A stretch of DNA of 63,392 nucleotides, filler included, from Dimargaris cristalligena (Eukaryota), in assembly GCA_003614675.1 (NCBI GenBank). It is 4 parts of 4 records of this genome, joined end to end, with 100 filler letters (N's around TTAATTAATTAA, not from the genome) between each part and the next. Parts side by side here need not be neighbours in the genome. Positions count along the whole stretch, not along the records: positions 1 to 15,805 come from ML002872.1; 3 more parts are not named here. One strand, written 5' to 3'. The position numbers and the translations under genes were made by a program. How positions within the stretch are numbered: position 1 is the stretch's first letter; every line of letters starts with the position of its first letter. The notes below the pieces were generated by a model, which saw nothing but the letters and a program-made list of their open reading frames with translations, did not search any database and was not told the DNA's origin. Shown in pieces: positions 1 through 11,950 of this stretch.

Positions 1-3000
1 TCCTTTATTTACGTCCTATTTTAAAGAGTATATCAAGCCTTCGGACAACTCCTGAATAGAGAAGTTGTCATTTCCGAGTGGTAGGGTTATTGGGAATAGG
101 CATCTATTAACGATAATTCGTTTATACAAACTCATTATGTTAATAGAGGGGAAAGAAAAATTTTTCCGTAAAAATATTACTTTCCCCGAAGTAGAAAGGA
201 AAAATTTTCTAGTGAAAATTTGTTTCTCTATCTTTCTCCTTCTTTTATTCCTTCCTACCAGCCGACCCTATTAGTTTATTCCATTTTTACTATCAAAATT
301 TATCTCTGCCGTGTTCTTTACACATGTGCACGACGACTTTCGGTTATTATAGACCGTGGACTTGTCCATTGAGCGAAATAAGAATCGCCAATAAAATAAC
401 AAACGTCGACGGCATCTATTAACGATAATTTGGTGGGTCTCCCACCCCATTGGCCACATGCGCTTTTAAAATTTTACTGATCTTAGATACTTCACACTAC
501 TAGGCCATTGTTATATAATTGAAATTCCCTTATAGAATGAACCGGTGCGGGCGTTTTATTTTTGCGATGAGCGTACTTAGAGTCAAAGTCATCCCGGCTT
601 CAGATTTTCAAAATATTCTAAGTAACCTCCTCGCTTGGATATCGCCTTAAAATAATAAAAAAATGGTTTGGCCCTATAATTGGTTACTGTATTTCGGTTT
701 TCATTATTCAGCATGGTTGAATGGCTGTGTGTCCCATGGTAATTCAAGCGACTAGACTAATGATTTAAGTAACCCATTAGATAATAACCCATGGTTGTTC
801 TTTGAGTACCCTAGCCATTTCCCGGCACGTCTCCTAATTGATGAGCAAAGGTATTATAAAGTAGCACGGACGTATTACACCCAAGTGGAAGCAATCCTGG
901 CTAGTAGGGTATTGGACTTTGAGGGGGGAGTGTTTCCTAAGTTGGGGTCGTCATGGTTGTTTATCCTTTTTTGGTACGATGGAAATCGGTTCACTTCCAA
1001 AAAGAATGACCTGCTGATGAGTTCGAAATGACGGGGTAACTAATAATACACTCCTAATTTATCACCGTTCCATCTTCGGGATTTTATAGCGTTTGGTTTA
1101 GCGATAATTAAGCCACCGTCTCCAGCCAATTATACGCCAAATAGCTGTCGCACATTATCTAAATCAGACTATACTACAGCAGCTGGGCCCTCGGCAGCTG
1201 CTATATAGGCTAAATGAGTTTGCCAATTAGGGGATCCTATGTGGGCCAACTGTCAACGGGATAGGTGTAGTTTAGTTAGTTTTCCCATCGTTACACCGAC
1301 CTTAACGTACGTAGTAGTTTACGAGGGCTTCATTTTTCGGTCAAACTCTTTGAATCACAGCCGTTTAGGGTCTAAAACCCCAACCATGGGAGGGGGAGGT
1401 ATTTGGTTACAGATTCGGCGGATTTTAGTATACGAGAGTCTGTCACTTATAGTATATGCCTAATTTATTTGACTTTTGCTGAGAGACTGGCATGGTGCAG
1501 TGGTGCCAAACTTCCCTCCATTTCTTCAAGTTGAGTCACATCTAATTAATATTAAACTGGCCTGGGTTTAAAAGTCCGGGAACATTCACCAATATCATGC
1601 CAAGATGGGCGTGGTGTAGTAGTTTTGTTTACCCCCAAGACTTGCCACTACATGGCTTTACATTAAAGACCATACATCATTTGGCAATTTCCATTTTCGG
1701 CAATTGGGAGCTGGTCGTCCGAGCTGGCTTTAATGGCAGCTCTTTGTTCCCATGGCACACCGGCTCGCCCGTTTGGCTGCAGCGGTCAATTGAATACAAT
1801 GATGTGTATCCAAAATCCGATCACAATGTAGAAAATCAGCCAATAGGGTTCTTAGGCCCATTTTTTATATATTTATATACATACTTTGTAACATAATTTC
1901 TGAAATTGGCCATCTCCACAATTGCCGTAGCTTCAGTAAAGGGTCTTCAAAGGGACAGTGGATGTACCGCAATTCCCATTTCTTCATCCATGGACCATGG
2001 TTCGGGAAATACTAAGTTTGCAGCCTTGGTCAATTTTACGATGCGCGCTTACTCCGAACCAAATATTTTGGTCCGTGGTTCGTTTATTCCCCCGAAGGCG
2101 CCTTTTCCATAATTGCATACCACACCATACCGATGATGGGGGCGGGTGGTCGGGTGGGGGTATAGCCTTAGGCACTTTCTTGATAAAATCATGATTCTCC
2201 TCTGGATTGGGCCAAGGAAGTGCGGGATCACTCGCCACTCCCGAAACTGCCGCCAGCAACACTTCAGCAATATATGGACTCGGATAAAGGTGATTCACCC
2301 TCTCCTTCTACTTTTTTTTCCGGATCTCCATACATCTTGGAAAATAATCATAATAAACCAAGCCTCTAGATTCAAGGCAGAGAGGGTAAAGTATATGTGC
2401 CAAGCGCACGGTAAGGTCACACCTACGGGTTGTACAAAAGGTCCAGCCCGACACTGATTGAGGGCAAGCGAACGGCCCGTCCTACCTACGGGCCGCCGCT
2501 TAGTTGATGAGTCGTGATGGTTACACTTCCCTCCCTCCCTCTTCGCCCTTTCCCTATTGCTCGTCCACTGCTTCCGCTGCTATCCCCTGGACTCTAGGCC
2601 TTCTCTAGATTTTTTTTAGTATCCTCATTCCTTAATACAACTAGTTAATCCCCTCTTTCCCCCGTTGGACCGCCTCAGTAGCGTTGTGCCGCTTTGGAAT
2701 CCGCCCTCCCCCCTCCTTTTACTCTATTTTTATTTTCTTTCGTCTTGCTGCTTAGTGACCACCGTTTCGTTACCCTTGTGTGTCCAGCCTGATAGTATCA
2801 GCTGCAAGTTCAGCGTTTGAGCATATCAGCCAATAGGTTCAAGGGTTTGGTCAGCGGAAAAGCTGACTGGTTAGCATCCGGCGGTTAAGGTAGGACCAAG
2901 CCAACGCTGGGACCTTTTAGTCGGGTTGATAAGACAGCACGGCGCTGAGTGCCTGCTTTCCCGTCCGGCCGCTTTTGATCATGTTTAGAATCAATCGGCC

Positions 3001-3816
3001 TAACGTCCCTCTCCCTCTCACCTACTCTCTCTCTCTCTCTCTCTTTCTTTCCCGTTTACTTTCCCTTTAACCTATTGGTGTGGCGGCGGTCATCTTCTTC
3101 TCTTTCTTCTACTCCTACAATATATTTTAAAGGATTCCATGATTTAGCGCCCTTTCTTCTTAGACGCATCATTGTTTTTCAATAACTATCCAGCTTTACT
3201 TACCTTACACTGACTCGACCCTTCCCTTGTTCATTTCTATGTTATCTTTGATCTGCATCAAAATTGAAGCCCAGCTTCACTGTAATAATTAGCTATTTTG
3301 CGCGGTCTATACCTCGTCTGTGACTTTAAATTTCTTTTGTATATTCTATATTTCCCCTATTAGCTCAGCCAGTTGCCTGGTATATTATTGTCCAATGCTT
3401 CGCTAGAGATTTTCACTCGATTTCTCTACCACCAGCTCCGTTCATCCAAGCATTTGTCAGTTGCAATCACCACCACCCAATTTATAATTTCCTTATTAGC
3501 CTATTCCAATATAACACAGTTTGGTTTCGTTACCGGAAAACAGCACCCCGTAGACTATCTAGATTTCACCATCATTTTATTGCGGCTTAAACTCCGTATA
3601 CACTCAACTCCTTCCCAATTCGCAATAGCTTAAAAAAAGGGGGCACTATTATAATAGTTTGTCGATAAGCTAGTTCATATCCTATATACCTTTTATTGTG
3701 TCCCAGCCTTAATATTTACGCCCCAACTTGGCAAAATCCGATAAAACCACCGCTTGTTATTATCATTCCCCGTTCACTCTATATCCCTTTTGTGCCCTAT
3801 TTATGTGCCAGCCCCG

Positions 3817-5974
3817 ATGCGTTTGTTTGGGTTGTCCCGAATATGGGCATTTTTTCTGTACGTCGGTTTGTTTTTCGCATGGTATCCCCCAGCCGGAGCC
3901 GACATCACGATACGGAAGGGCGACATCAAGCTTCATGGCAAGCTGTGGGACTTCTTCGGCGACATTCATGTCGAAAATTACCGCCTCACCGGCCTGGTGA
4001 TTAAAGCCGCCGTGCGCCGCGGCTGTAAGCTCACCCCACCTACCAAAAAATACAAGGTCGGGCTGAACAAATTCGAAAGCACCATTATTTTTGTGTATTT
4101 CCGAACTGCCAAGTACACCGACTGTTTCTCATTTACCGACCTGATCAAACAAATGGAAGAGTACCGGTACGAACTCGTTCAGTTGGGCTACCCCACTCCG
4201 CAATTGGCCATTTTTAATTGTCGGCGGAGTTTTCCCGAACCCTTTGGCTCGCCGGACATGGAAAGTCCTGATGATTACTTTGATTACAAGCCCAAACAGT
4301 TTCATATCGCTTTGGTGGGATCCGACACCGGCCAGGAACTTAATTCCCTACTCACCAGCAGTGGTCGGTTAGTAAGAGCGGAAGTTGTTCAAGGTAAGTC
4401 ATACACACACACACATATATATATATATATCCCCGGTATTTTTTTCATCTTTACTCAGGGAGAAGGGGGTCGACACCTTCAGCCCAAGCGACTCTGAGAT
4501 CTTCGCGTGGGCTTCACCAAGTAGTCTCATTCTGGGGGTTGACCATCACCTACCCCGCTTCTTAATCCTTGGGCTCAAATGTCTGAATTGTTCTTGGGGG
4601 GGCGTTCTATTCTAGGGGGTTTTCTATTTAAAGCATTTGGTCACAGTGCCTAATTTATGTTATGTTTCCCCGCCCGCCATTTTATCAACGCTGCATGCTC
4701 TAGATCGGGGACCTTGGAATACACTCCTCAAATCGCCCGGTTGGCTTATTTTGAAATCGGTTACCTACGCGGCCCATTCCTCCATCACCGCCTACGGTCT
4801 GTTCCAGCTCTATCTCTTGTACCAAATACAGGGATTTAAAATTAATATCCGGGTCGCAGTGATTTCCATTTCGTTATTCTACCTCCTGGTCAATGGCATT
4901 CTCCAGTACGGCGAGTTGCAGCGGAACGTGGGCTACATTACCATTTACATTTCGTGGGGTATCGGTAGTATTGCCTTTAACCTGGTCATCATTGTTTGGA
5001 TCCGGGCTTTCCAAAAAATCGAAAGGGGCAGCTTTACCCATATCATGTATGTTGTCATTGTCTGCAATGTCTCCTACATGGCCTTTATGTGTGTCGTGTT
5101 TATCACGTCCATGAAATCTCACGAATCGTGGATTATGTCAGCCACCCAAAATTGGTCATTTGTCCAACCGCTGCTGTGTGGTGTCGAGGGGATGTTCCTG
5201 CTATACTTTGGCGCAAGGGCGTACCTGGTCACCCGTGACATCCGGGACACCACCGGGACCTACAATGCTTTTCATCGCATGACCGTTCTGTGCTTTTTGG
5301 CGTTCATCGGGTATACCTTTCAAGCCGTGGCGTACATTTTGATGAATAACAACGGGCGGGATTATGTCAGCCATTATATACTCAAGTACATCTGCTACCG
5401 GCTGTCCACCATCATCTTGTACGGCAGTTTACTCTGGGTGTTGCGGCTCGACGGTTCCCTGAGTGAGATGCACTGGGATGGCGATGATTCCGAATATTAC
5501 GACGGTAACGATACCCCTAATACCCACTCCCCCCCCTTGTCTACCCGGCGCGACAGCGCCCTATACCACCCCCATACCGCCGTGGCCATGCCTCCTTCGT
5601 CAGGTCCCGCTACCGCGACCGCCTCCCTGGAAGTGCGGGGCAACGGACTCGCTGGTTCGTGCCCTGATTCCCCGCTCGAACCCCCAATAGTACACTACCC
5701 TAAAACGCGCCCGGGGATTGTTGCCCATCTGGGGGATTGGCAGGCTCACCACCTTGACCCGGTCGAGTCCCTTCGGTTACCCCAATTCCCGCCCCCGACG
5801 AAACCCGCGGACCGGGACAGTCAACTCACCCACTGCCCCCCCGAACCCGTTTGTCATACGTGGCCTAATTCGCCCAAGGAACAGGCCCGCCACTTACCCA
5901 TGTCGAGCGACCCCTATATGGCCCCCTTGACCGATTTTTTCACTCCCACGCATCGAAACCATACTCTACATTGA
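3817..5974 (+). CDS. Signal peptide + ectodomain (PA-like) + 7TM receptor-like protein, paralog A; exons 3817-4393 and 4704-5974
   Basis: ATG at 3817 begins a hydrophobic leader. Intron GTAAGT(4394)...CCTAAT...TAG(4703) joins the two ORFs in frame to give QDRGPWN, matching QDPGPWN in the intronless paralog at 10133. Shared motifs WDFFGD, GCK, STIIFVxFRxAK, SFTxLIKQ, LGYP; about 7 hydrophobic helices; Pro-rich tail. Confidence 0.85.
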
Positions 5975-6358
5975 CTTCATTCTTCGTTTCCGCCTCTGAC
6001 CCCCCCCCACCCCGTGAATATAACCGGTTGACTTAGTCCTGCACTTTTAATGGGGCCCTATGAGTACTATGCTTATTATAACTATGCATATTTTTATTAT
6101 TGGTTCCAAAAATCACAGCGACGCTTTTCTCTCTCTCCAAGGTCCATCATTGACCTAATTTTGTAGCACTAACCCTTGTATTATTCCCATTAATTCATTT
6201 ATCTTTGAGTGATTATTATTAAAACGGCCTAATGTATTTGTTGATTGAAATGGCTAGCATAATGGAGTGGAGTAGATTGGATTGGATTCATGGCATAACC
6301 GCATGTCCAGGGGACGCATTAGTACCCCCCCCCTCCTTGGATAAGGGCCACTGTGCAT

Positions 6359-7145
6359 TTAGGAAGACTGAGCCGTATGTTTGGCGATGAAGTCCTTAAT
6401 AAAATTGTAGTTTTGGTTACCGACAAAGCCGTCGATCTCTTTGCCGTTCTCAAATATCTTAACGGTAGGGAGAGCGGTGATCTAGGTATTTTAATAGATG
6501 GTACAAACCATAGGGGAGCGAAGGGATAAACAGGTTGCCAGCCAATATTAGTACCCCTTTTGGGAGATAAAACCCCAATTAGGTACCTCCTTAAGCTCAT
6601 TATACACATAGCTAGGTAAATTAATAAATAAAATGAACGGCCATGGGTTCACCAGCCAACGTAAGCATCAACTTACTTTGTATTTGGAAGCAACGTTCAC
6701 AGCCGCATCGATGTCGAGAACCACCAGATCAATATTGTCCTGCTCTTCGATGTGTTTTTTAAGAACCGGCTTAAGCGAACGGCAGGGACCGCACCATCTA
6801 GTAAATCATAGTCAATAGTGGTGTACCGGATGTCAATAAGGACCATTCACCAAGTCAAGTATGTACATTGTAGTTACAAATCATACATAATGAGTCATGG
6901 CAGTGAACCCCTCTAGCCTGGTCTATTACTTACTCGGCCGTGAAATCAACCATGACGCGTCCCTTGCGATTCTCCACCAGATCGGTAAATGAAGCCTCGG
7001 TGGCAGTAATAACCTTGCCCTTCCAAGCGGCTGCGGAGGTATGAATGCGGTGGGCTAGGCCCGGTTGGGCGGGAGCTAGAACCCGACCAAGCGAGCGAAG
7101 GCCAGTCAGGCGGGCGGTAGAGCAGGGGAGTTGGTTGAAGAGCAT
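6359..7145 (-). CDS. Thioredoxin, probably mitochondrial; exons 7145-6934, 6797-6677, 6481-6359
   Basis: Splicing reconstitutes [20 protein letters not shown]...LDIDAAVNVASKYK-ITALPTVKIFENGKEIDGFVG. Both introns are GTAAGT...TAG. The N-terminus is Arg/Leu/Ser-rich and lacks acidic residues, like a mitochondrial presequence. Confidence 0.93.
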
Positions 7146-10132
7146 GGTGTATTTAAAGGTAGACGAAATGGCGGTATAGACAACAAATAGGTTGCACAGA
7201 TGGGGGGTGACAGGTCAGCAATATAGAACAAAACTCAGTTGGAGGAATGTTGACTGGGGTTGGCGAATTCCGCTGCTAGTAGTAGTCAGGCCTATACTGC
7301 TTGTCAATTAAGCTGCGTCGTGGAGGGTCTCATTCAATGCTCTTGTCTGAGTCATCAGCTTCTCAGGACAGTTGGGCCAACAGGTATAACCGATAGCTAT
7401 TTCCTCAATTTGGTGGGGAGGGGGGGGAGGAGTTCATCATGCCCCTTCGCCACCACCATCCTTGCTTAGTTTATCACAGACTCGTGAGCTCTCTATGTAC
7501 GCTTGCCAGGTCACGTGGTGGGTGATATAATAGAGTCACCAGCGAACTCTCTCCCTTGGCAACTGGATAATGGTTATATTTTGGAGAACAATGCATTTTG
7601 GTAGATAAAATGGATCGGGCGGATTTTATAAGGTGTATTTGTATATCGTCCAGCCTTACCAGTGGCCGGGGAAAAAGTCATCAACTAATTGGGGACAATG
7701 TTAGCTCAACAGGGAAAACTGGTCTTGTAATATCCAAGTGCATGGGCATCGGTCATAATACCCTCCCCCCATGGACGGAGTGCTAGCAACAAGCTCACAG
7801 AGCAATGGGTTTACGAGACGATAGCCCTGTAGTATGGTGTGCCAACGGTAGTGCCAAGGTTACGCACAGCAAGGGTTTACGGTAGGGAGGAAACAGAGAC
7901 AAGTACCGCCTTGTGCGGTGTTGGTCAGCCTCAATGGTCATGGCGGTGGGGTCAAGCAAAAAATCCGTTGGATTCAGAGTGGCCAGAATGCCATTAAAAC
8001 GTACACATGCAGTGGCCATCTCTTTAGCGAGCCTTCACCAACACGTTTATGTATTATATTGGAAATTAGCTAGGTTGGCTAATTAGATCATTTTCACTGT
8101 TTTTTTTTCTTTACAGACATATGCAGCCAACCCATCCCAATATTGTGTAAAATAAAGCTAACCATAGCATTCGTAATATCCTAAATCCAGGCGGTTAAGA
8201 TTCGTGCAAACATGTTTTTAAATTACATTGGCCATTGGCCTCTCGCTCCCTTCCAAACAACTGGCCCCCATTTTCGTACTTGGGAACGATTATCACCGTA
8301 AATACTCGAGACTACTCTATTATGGTGTCTTGGTTTCCCCGTCTTTATCGCATGTCATGCTATATCAGGAATGACTGCTCTGGGGGGTGGAGAGGTATGG
8401 TGGGGGGGGCTCAGGGAAAGCTCGGCCTGTTACACGCTCCATCAGGCAAGATGTATTGGCCCAAATGCACCGACAGATTCGGTAATAATCATCTAGTTAT
8501 TCTACTACCTATAACCCTAAGGAGTAAGCTAAATGTAATATTATGGAATTAAAATAATATATTGGAAAACAATACGCTAATACCACCAATCCATCAGCGA
8601 GAAGGGCTACCTAATCTCGAAGGCAGTGTCGCAGTCAGCTTGGACTATGAAATGGTATTGAACTAGGGCCACGATATTTCAATGTGAGGACTCAGAAGCA
8701 CCCCATCGCCGTTCAGCCAGAACAAGGAGCAATTGGGTAGACACTAACTACCGGGAAGCCGAATTCTTACAGGGCTGCAGCTGTTAGTTGGGAAGGAGGA
8801 AACTTGCACCGTTAGCTCGGAAATATGTTTAATTCATTCGTGATTAACAAGTTGAGTGGGGGGGGCATCACGTTGATATCCGCTTGTTACCAACACTCAT
8901 AACAGAGGACCAGCCTTTAATTTTTAAAGGATAGTAGTTTGGCTTACCTATCTGTTCCACTAAGTTCTCACCTTCCCTTTTGGTTAGCCATTTCCTTTTG
9001 TTTTCTTACCATCGAGCCTTGTGCCTATGTTCGCTGGAATATATCCACACACGCACACACACACACACACTCTCTCTCTCTCGTTTCTCGCACTCTACCC
9101 TCCGCCTCACCCCTCGTTATTATATGAACACTCGTGGCTTGGCCACTTATAAGTCTGTGTACAAGTGAAATCACAATGCTCGGCGTAACCGTCTGTATAA
9201 CCACTGGTATCGGCCCTACTACTCTCTGTTTACCCTTTGGAGTCCGTTGAGCCATGTTAACTCCTAGTATCCCCCGTTTCCCCTTCCTCTCTCGCTCTCT
9301 CTCCGTTTCCACTTTGCCCCACCATTGCACTCCCTCACCCATGTATTTTACGCCTATTAGGCATCCTCCTCCTAGTAGCCAGCGATAAACCTCCATTTGG
9401 GCAGCTGTTTTCAAATATACCCCCGATAACGTTAAACCCCAGTGGGTTAGGCTAGTTCCTGTCTCCCTCTCTCTTTCCTGTTAATATCATTTGATCGCAT
9501 TGTCCATTTGCTCTTCTTAGCTATTATCCACTTTTTATATTTATATATTTCCAAATAACAATAATAGTCTCATTTTTATTGAGGGCGGGGTCATTGAACC
9601 GCTTTATTCGTTTAATAGCATTTCGTTCATTAATTAGTTTTGACAAACGGCCGATTATATGTGAATCTTGGTACTGTTGGCCAGGACTTGTCGGGACAAT
9701 ATCTCGTCTATTCCGTTTTACAGCGAGACTTGCCAACCCAACTGCCATATTTTAGAGTTAGTGCTCACTCGGTTGTTGAAACCTTTTCACTGGTTCGGGT
9801 GACTTTGGCGGTATTTTATCCCGTTCACACTGGCCTGTAGGCTTAGTTGTTCAGTCGTCGACCCTTTAAAGATACGAGTTGTCCCACGAACGTACCTATC
9901 TTCAGTTTATCTCCTCCGTCCCAGTCGTCCACGCCACCTGCTATTAGTGTATTTCCGTTCTGGCCCAGAAACAGACTGCAGGCTGTTCCCCGTAACAACG
10001 GCGGTTTGGTATTTCTAAACTGCGTACTTTTCGTACCCTAGCTTTGGGAGAATCGGTTTATTGAGTGAAATTCCTCTTTATATAACTACAACACGTTGGG
10101 TGACCAACATTCCCCATATTAATCGGTAGACC

Positions 10133-11950
10133 ATGCAACTCAAACTGAATTTTCGGTTACTGCTGGGTCTCGTGGTAACCCTAGCCCTTCTCCAGTCCGG
10201 CCGGGGTGACATCGGCCTGGACTACGACGGAACTTTCAAGATGGCCAAAATGTGGGATTTCTTCGGTGATACCAACGTCAAATACTACGAGTACGAGGGC
10301 CCCGTATTTCGCCTCCAATTTCGCCACGGCTGTAAAGTGATCATGCCCTCGGCCAAGTGGGAGCTGGACGAGGTCGGCACTTGGTTCTCCACGATTATTT
10401 TCGTCCATTTCCGGGAAGCGAAGCACTACGGCTGTATGTCCTTCACCCAACTGATTAAACAACTCCCTCCGGTGATGAGTGCCCTAGTCGAATTGGGGTA
10501 TCCGCCGGTCAAGCTGGCCCTGTTTGGCAGTAGGGTGGACGAAATAAAGTCGTTTGGCCCACCGGAAGTGGAGTTACCCGACAATTACTTTTGGCACCGC
10601 CCCCCGGGGTTGAATCTCGCCCTGATTGGGCGGGACACTGCGATTTGGATTAACCACCGGTTCCTGAGCGGGGGTAATTCGACCATCTTGGGTAGAGCCA
10701 CCCAAGATCCGGGTCCCTGGAACCGTATGATTCACCAACCCGCCTGGGAATTTTTGCGGGCCTTTACGTACATTACCCACGGTATCGCCGCCTCCTACGC
10801 TTGTTACCAGTTGGTCATAACGCTGTATCGGTGCCGGGGCCGCCCCAACGTGACCGCCGCCATCTTTCTCCTGGCCATGTATTATCTCATCGTCAACGCC
10901 GTCTGCCAGTACGGGGACCTCCAGTCAAACGGCGGCTACACGGCCATCTTCATTTCGTGGTCCACCAACAGCATGGCGTTTAGTCTTATGGTATTCCTGT
11001 GGGTCAAAACCATGCACTATTTGGAAATCAGTCGTTTCTTCAATTTCGTATACGTCATATCAGCCCTCAATGCGGTGAATTGGTCTATCCTGTCGATTCT
11101 CATGAGCGCGGCCATCATGACCAGCGACCGCCACCATTACCGCAATGCCACCAAGTTACTCTTGTACGTCCAACCGGTCATCATTATCCTGCAGGGTGGT
11201 TACATTTTCTACTACGGGTTCCGGTTTCTGCGCCTCCTCAAGAACAAACCCCCCAAGGACCCGACCGTCCGGCGCATCCAGTGGTTCACATACATTAGTT
11301 ATTTTGCCTTTGTGGGCTACATGTTCCTCTCGTTGGCCTCCATTCTCATGTGCCAGTACCGCGAAGATGACATCAATACGTACATTGCCCGCAACGTTTG
11401 TTACAAAGTCGCCTCCCTGCTATGCTACGGAGGTATTTTCTGGATGCTCCGGGCCCACCAGGCCGTGGGCAATATTAAGGTATTCGCCACGAATATTCTG
11501 ACCGACCTTTACAGTGGCTTAGGCAGGGGCGTAAGAGGAAGAGGTGGAGGGCTAGGCGGGGGTCGAAGGGGAGGGGGCGGTCGTGGCCCTCCCCGGGCGT
11601 ATAAGCATCATCATCTAGACTATACGCACCGGAATAGTTTGGGCCTGGAAACGATGGCCGGGTTTCCCGGGTCGTCCCCCACGGGCATGACCTCCGATTC
11701 CGGGGCCACGGCCACGGCCGTGGACGGTTCTTACCTGAATGCGTCCCGTACTTTCCCCGGTCCCAGTGGGATTAGTGGAATGGGCGGCGGCGGAGGGGGA
11801 GGGTACCACGTGGGATTCGGCGACTCCCCCGGGTTTATCCTCAACCCTTCGGCTGGCCCTATTCCACCAACTACCATTATTGGTGGTTTGTCAACTATTC
11901 CCGCCCATAAAACGACCTCCCCGTCGAACTTTCGAATGCAAATACCCTAG
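10133..11950 (+). CDS. Signal peptide + ectodomain (PA-like) + 7TM receptor-like protein, paralog B (intronless, 605 aa)
   Basis: Single long ORF with signal peptide MQLKLNFRLLLGLVVTLALLQSGRG, a ~170-aa ectodomain, 7 hydrophobic segments and a Gly-rich tail; colinear similarity to the 3817-5974 gene. Confidence 0.88.
   Translation: MQLKLNFRLLLGLVVTLALLQSGRGDIGLDYDGTFKMAKMWDFFGDTNVKYYEYEGPVFRLQFRHGCKVIMPSAKWELDEVGTWFSTIIFVHFREAKHYGCMSFTQLIKQLPPVMSALVELGYPPVKLALFGSRVDEIKSFGPPEVELPDNYFWHRPPGLNLALIGRDTAIWINHRFLSGGNSTILGRATQDPGPWNRMIHQPAWEFLRAFTYITHGIAASYACYQLVITLYRCRGRPNVTAAIFLLAMYYLIVNAVCQYGDLQSNGGYTAIFISWSTNSMAFSLMVFLWVKTMHYLEISRFFNFVYVISALNAVNWSILSILMSAAIMTSDRHHYRNATKLLLYVQPVIIILQGGYIFYYGFRFLRLLKNKPPKDPTVRRIQWFTYISYFAFVGYMFLSLASILMCQYREDDINTYIARNVCYKVASLLCYGGIFWMLRAHQAVGNIKVFATNILTDLYSGLGRGVRGRGGGLGGGRRGGGGRGPPRAYKHHHLDYTHRNSLGLETMAGFPGSSPTGMTSDSGATATAVDGSYLNASRTFPGPSGISGMGGGGGGGYHVGFGDSPGFILNPSAGPIPPTTIIGGLSTIPAHKTTSPSNFRMQIP

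Noticed and set aside
1597-2457. Several 70-105-aa overlapping ORFs
   Set aside because: No motif, splice structure or consistent strand supports a gene.
2504-2526. TTGATGAGTCGTGA resembling a hammerhead ribozyme core
   Set aside because: Lacks the CTGA start and the downstream GAAA; stem II is not formed.
3026-9081. (CT)n, (AC)n and (AT)n microsatellites (e.g. 3026, 4403, 9046)
   Set aside because: Ordinary simple repeats in leaders and introns; no CRISPR-like or other ordered array.
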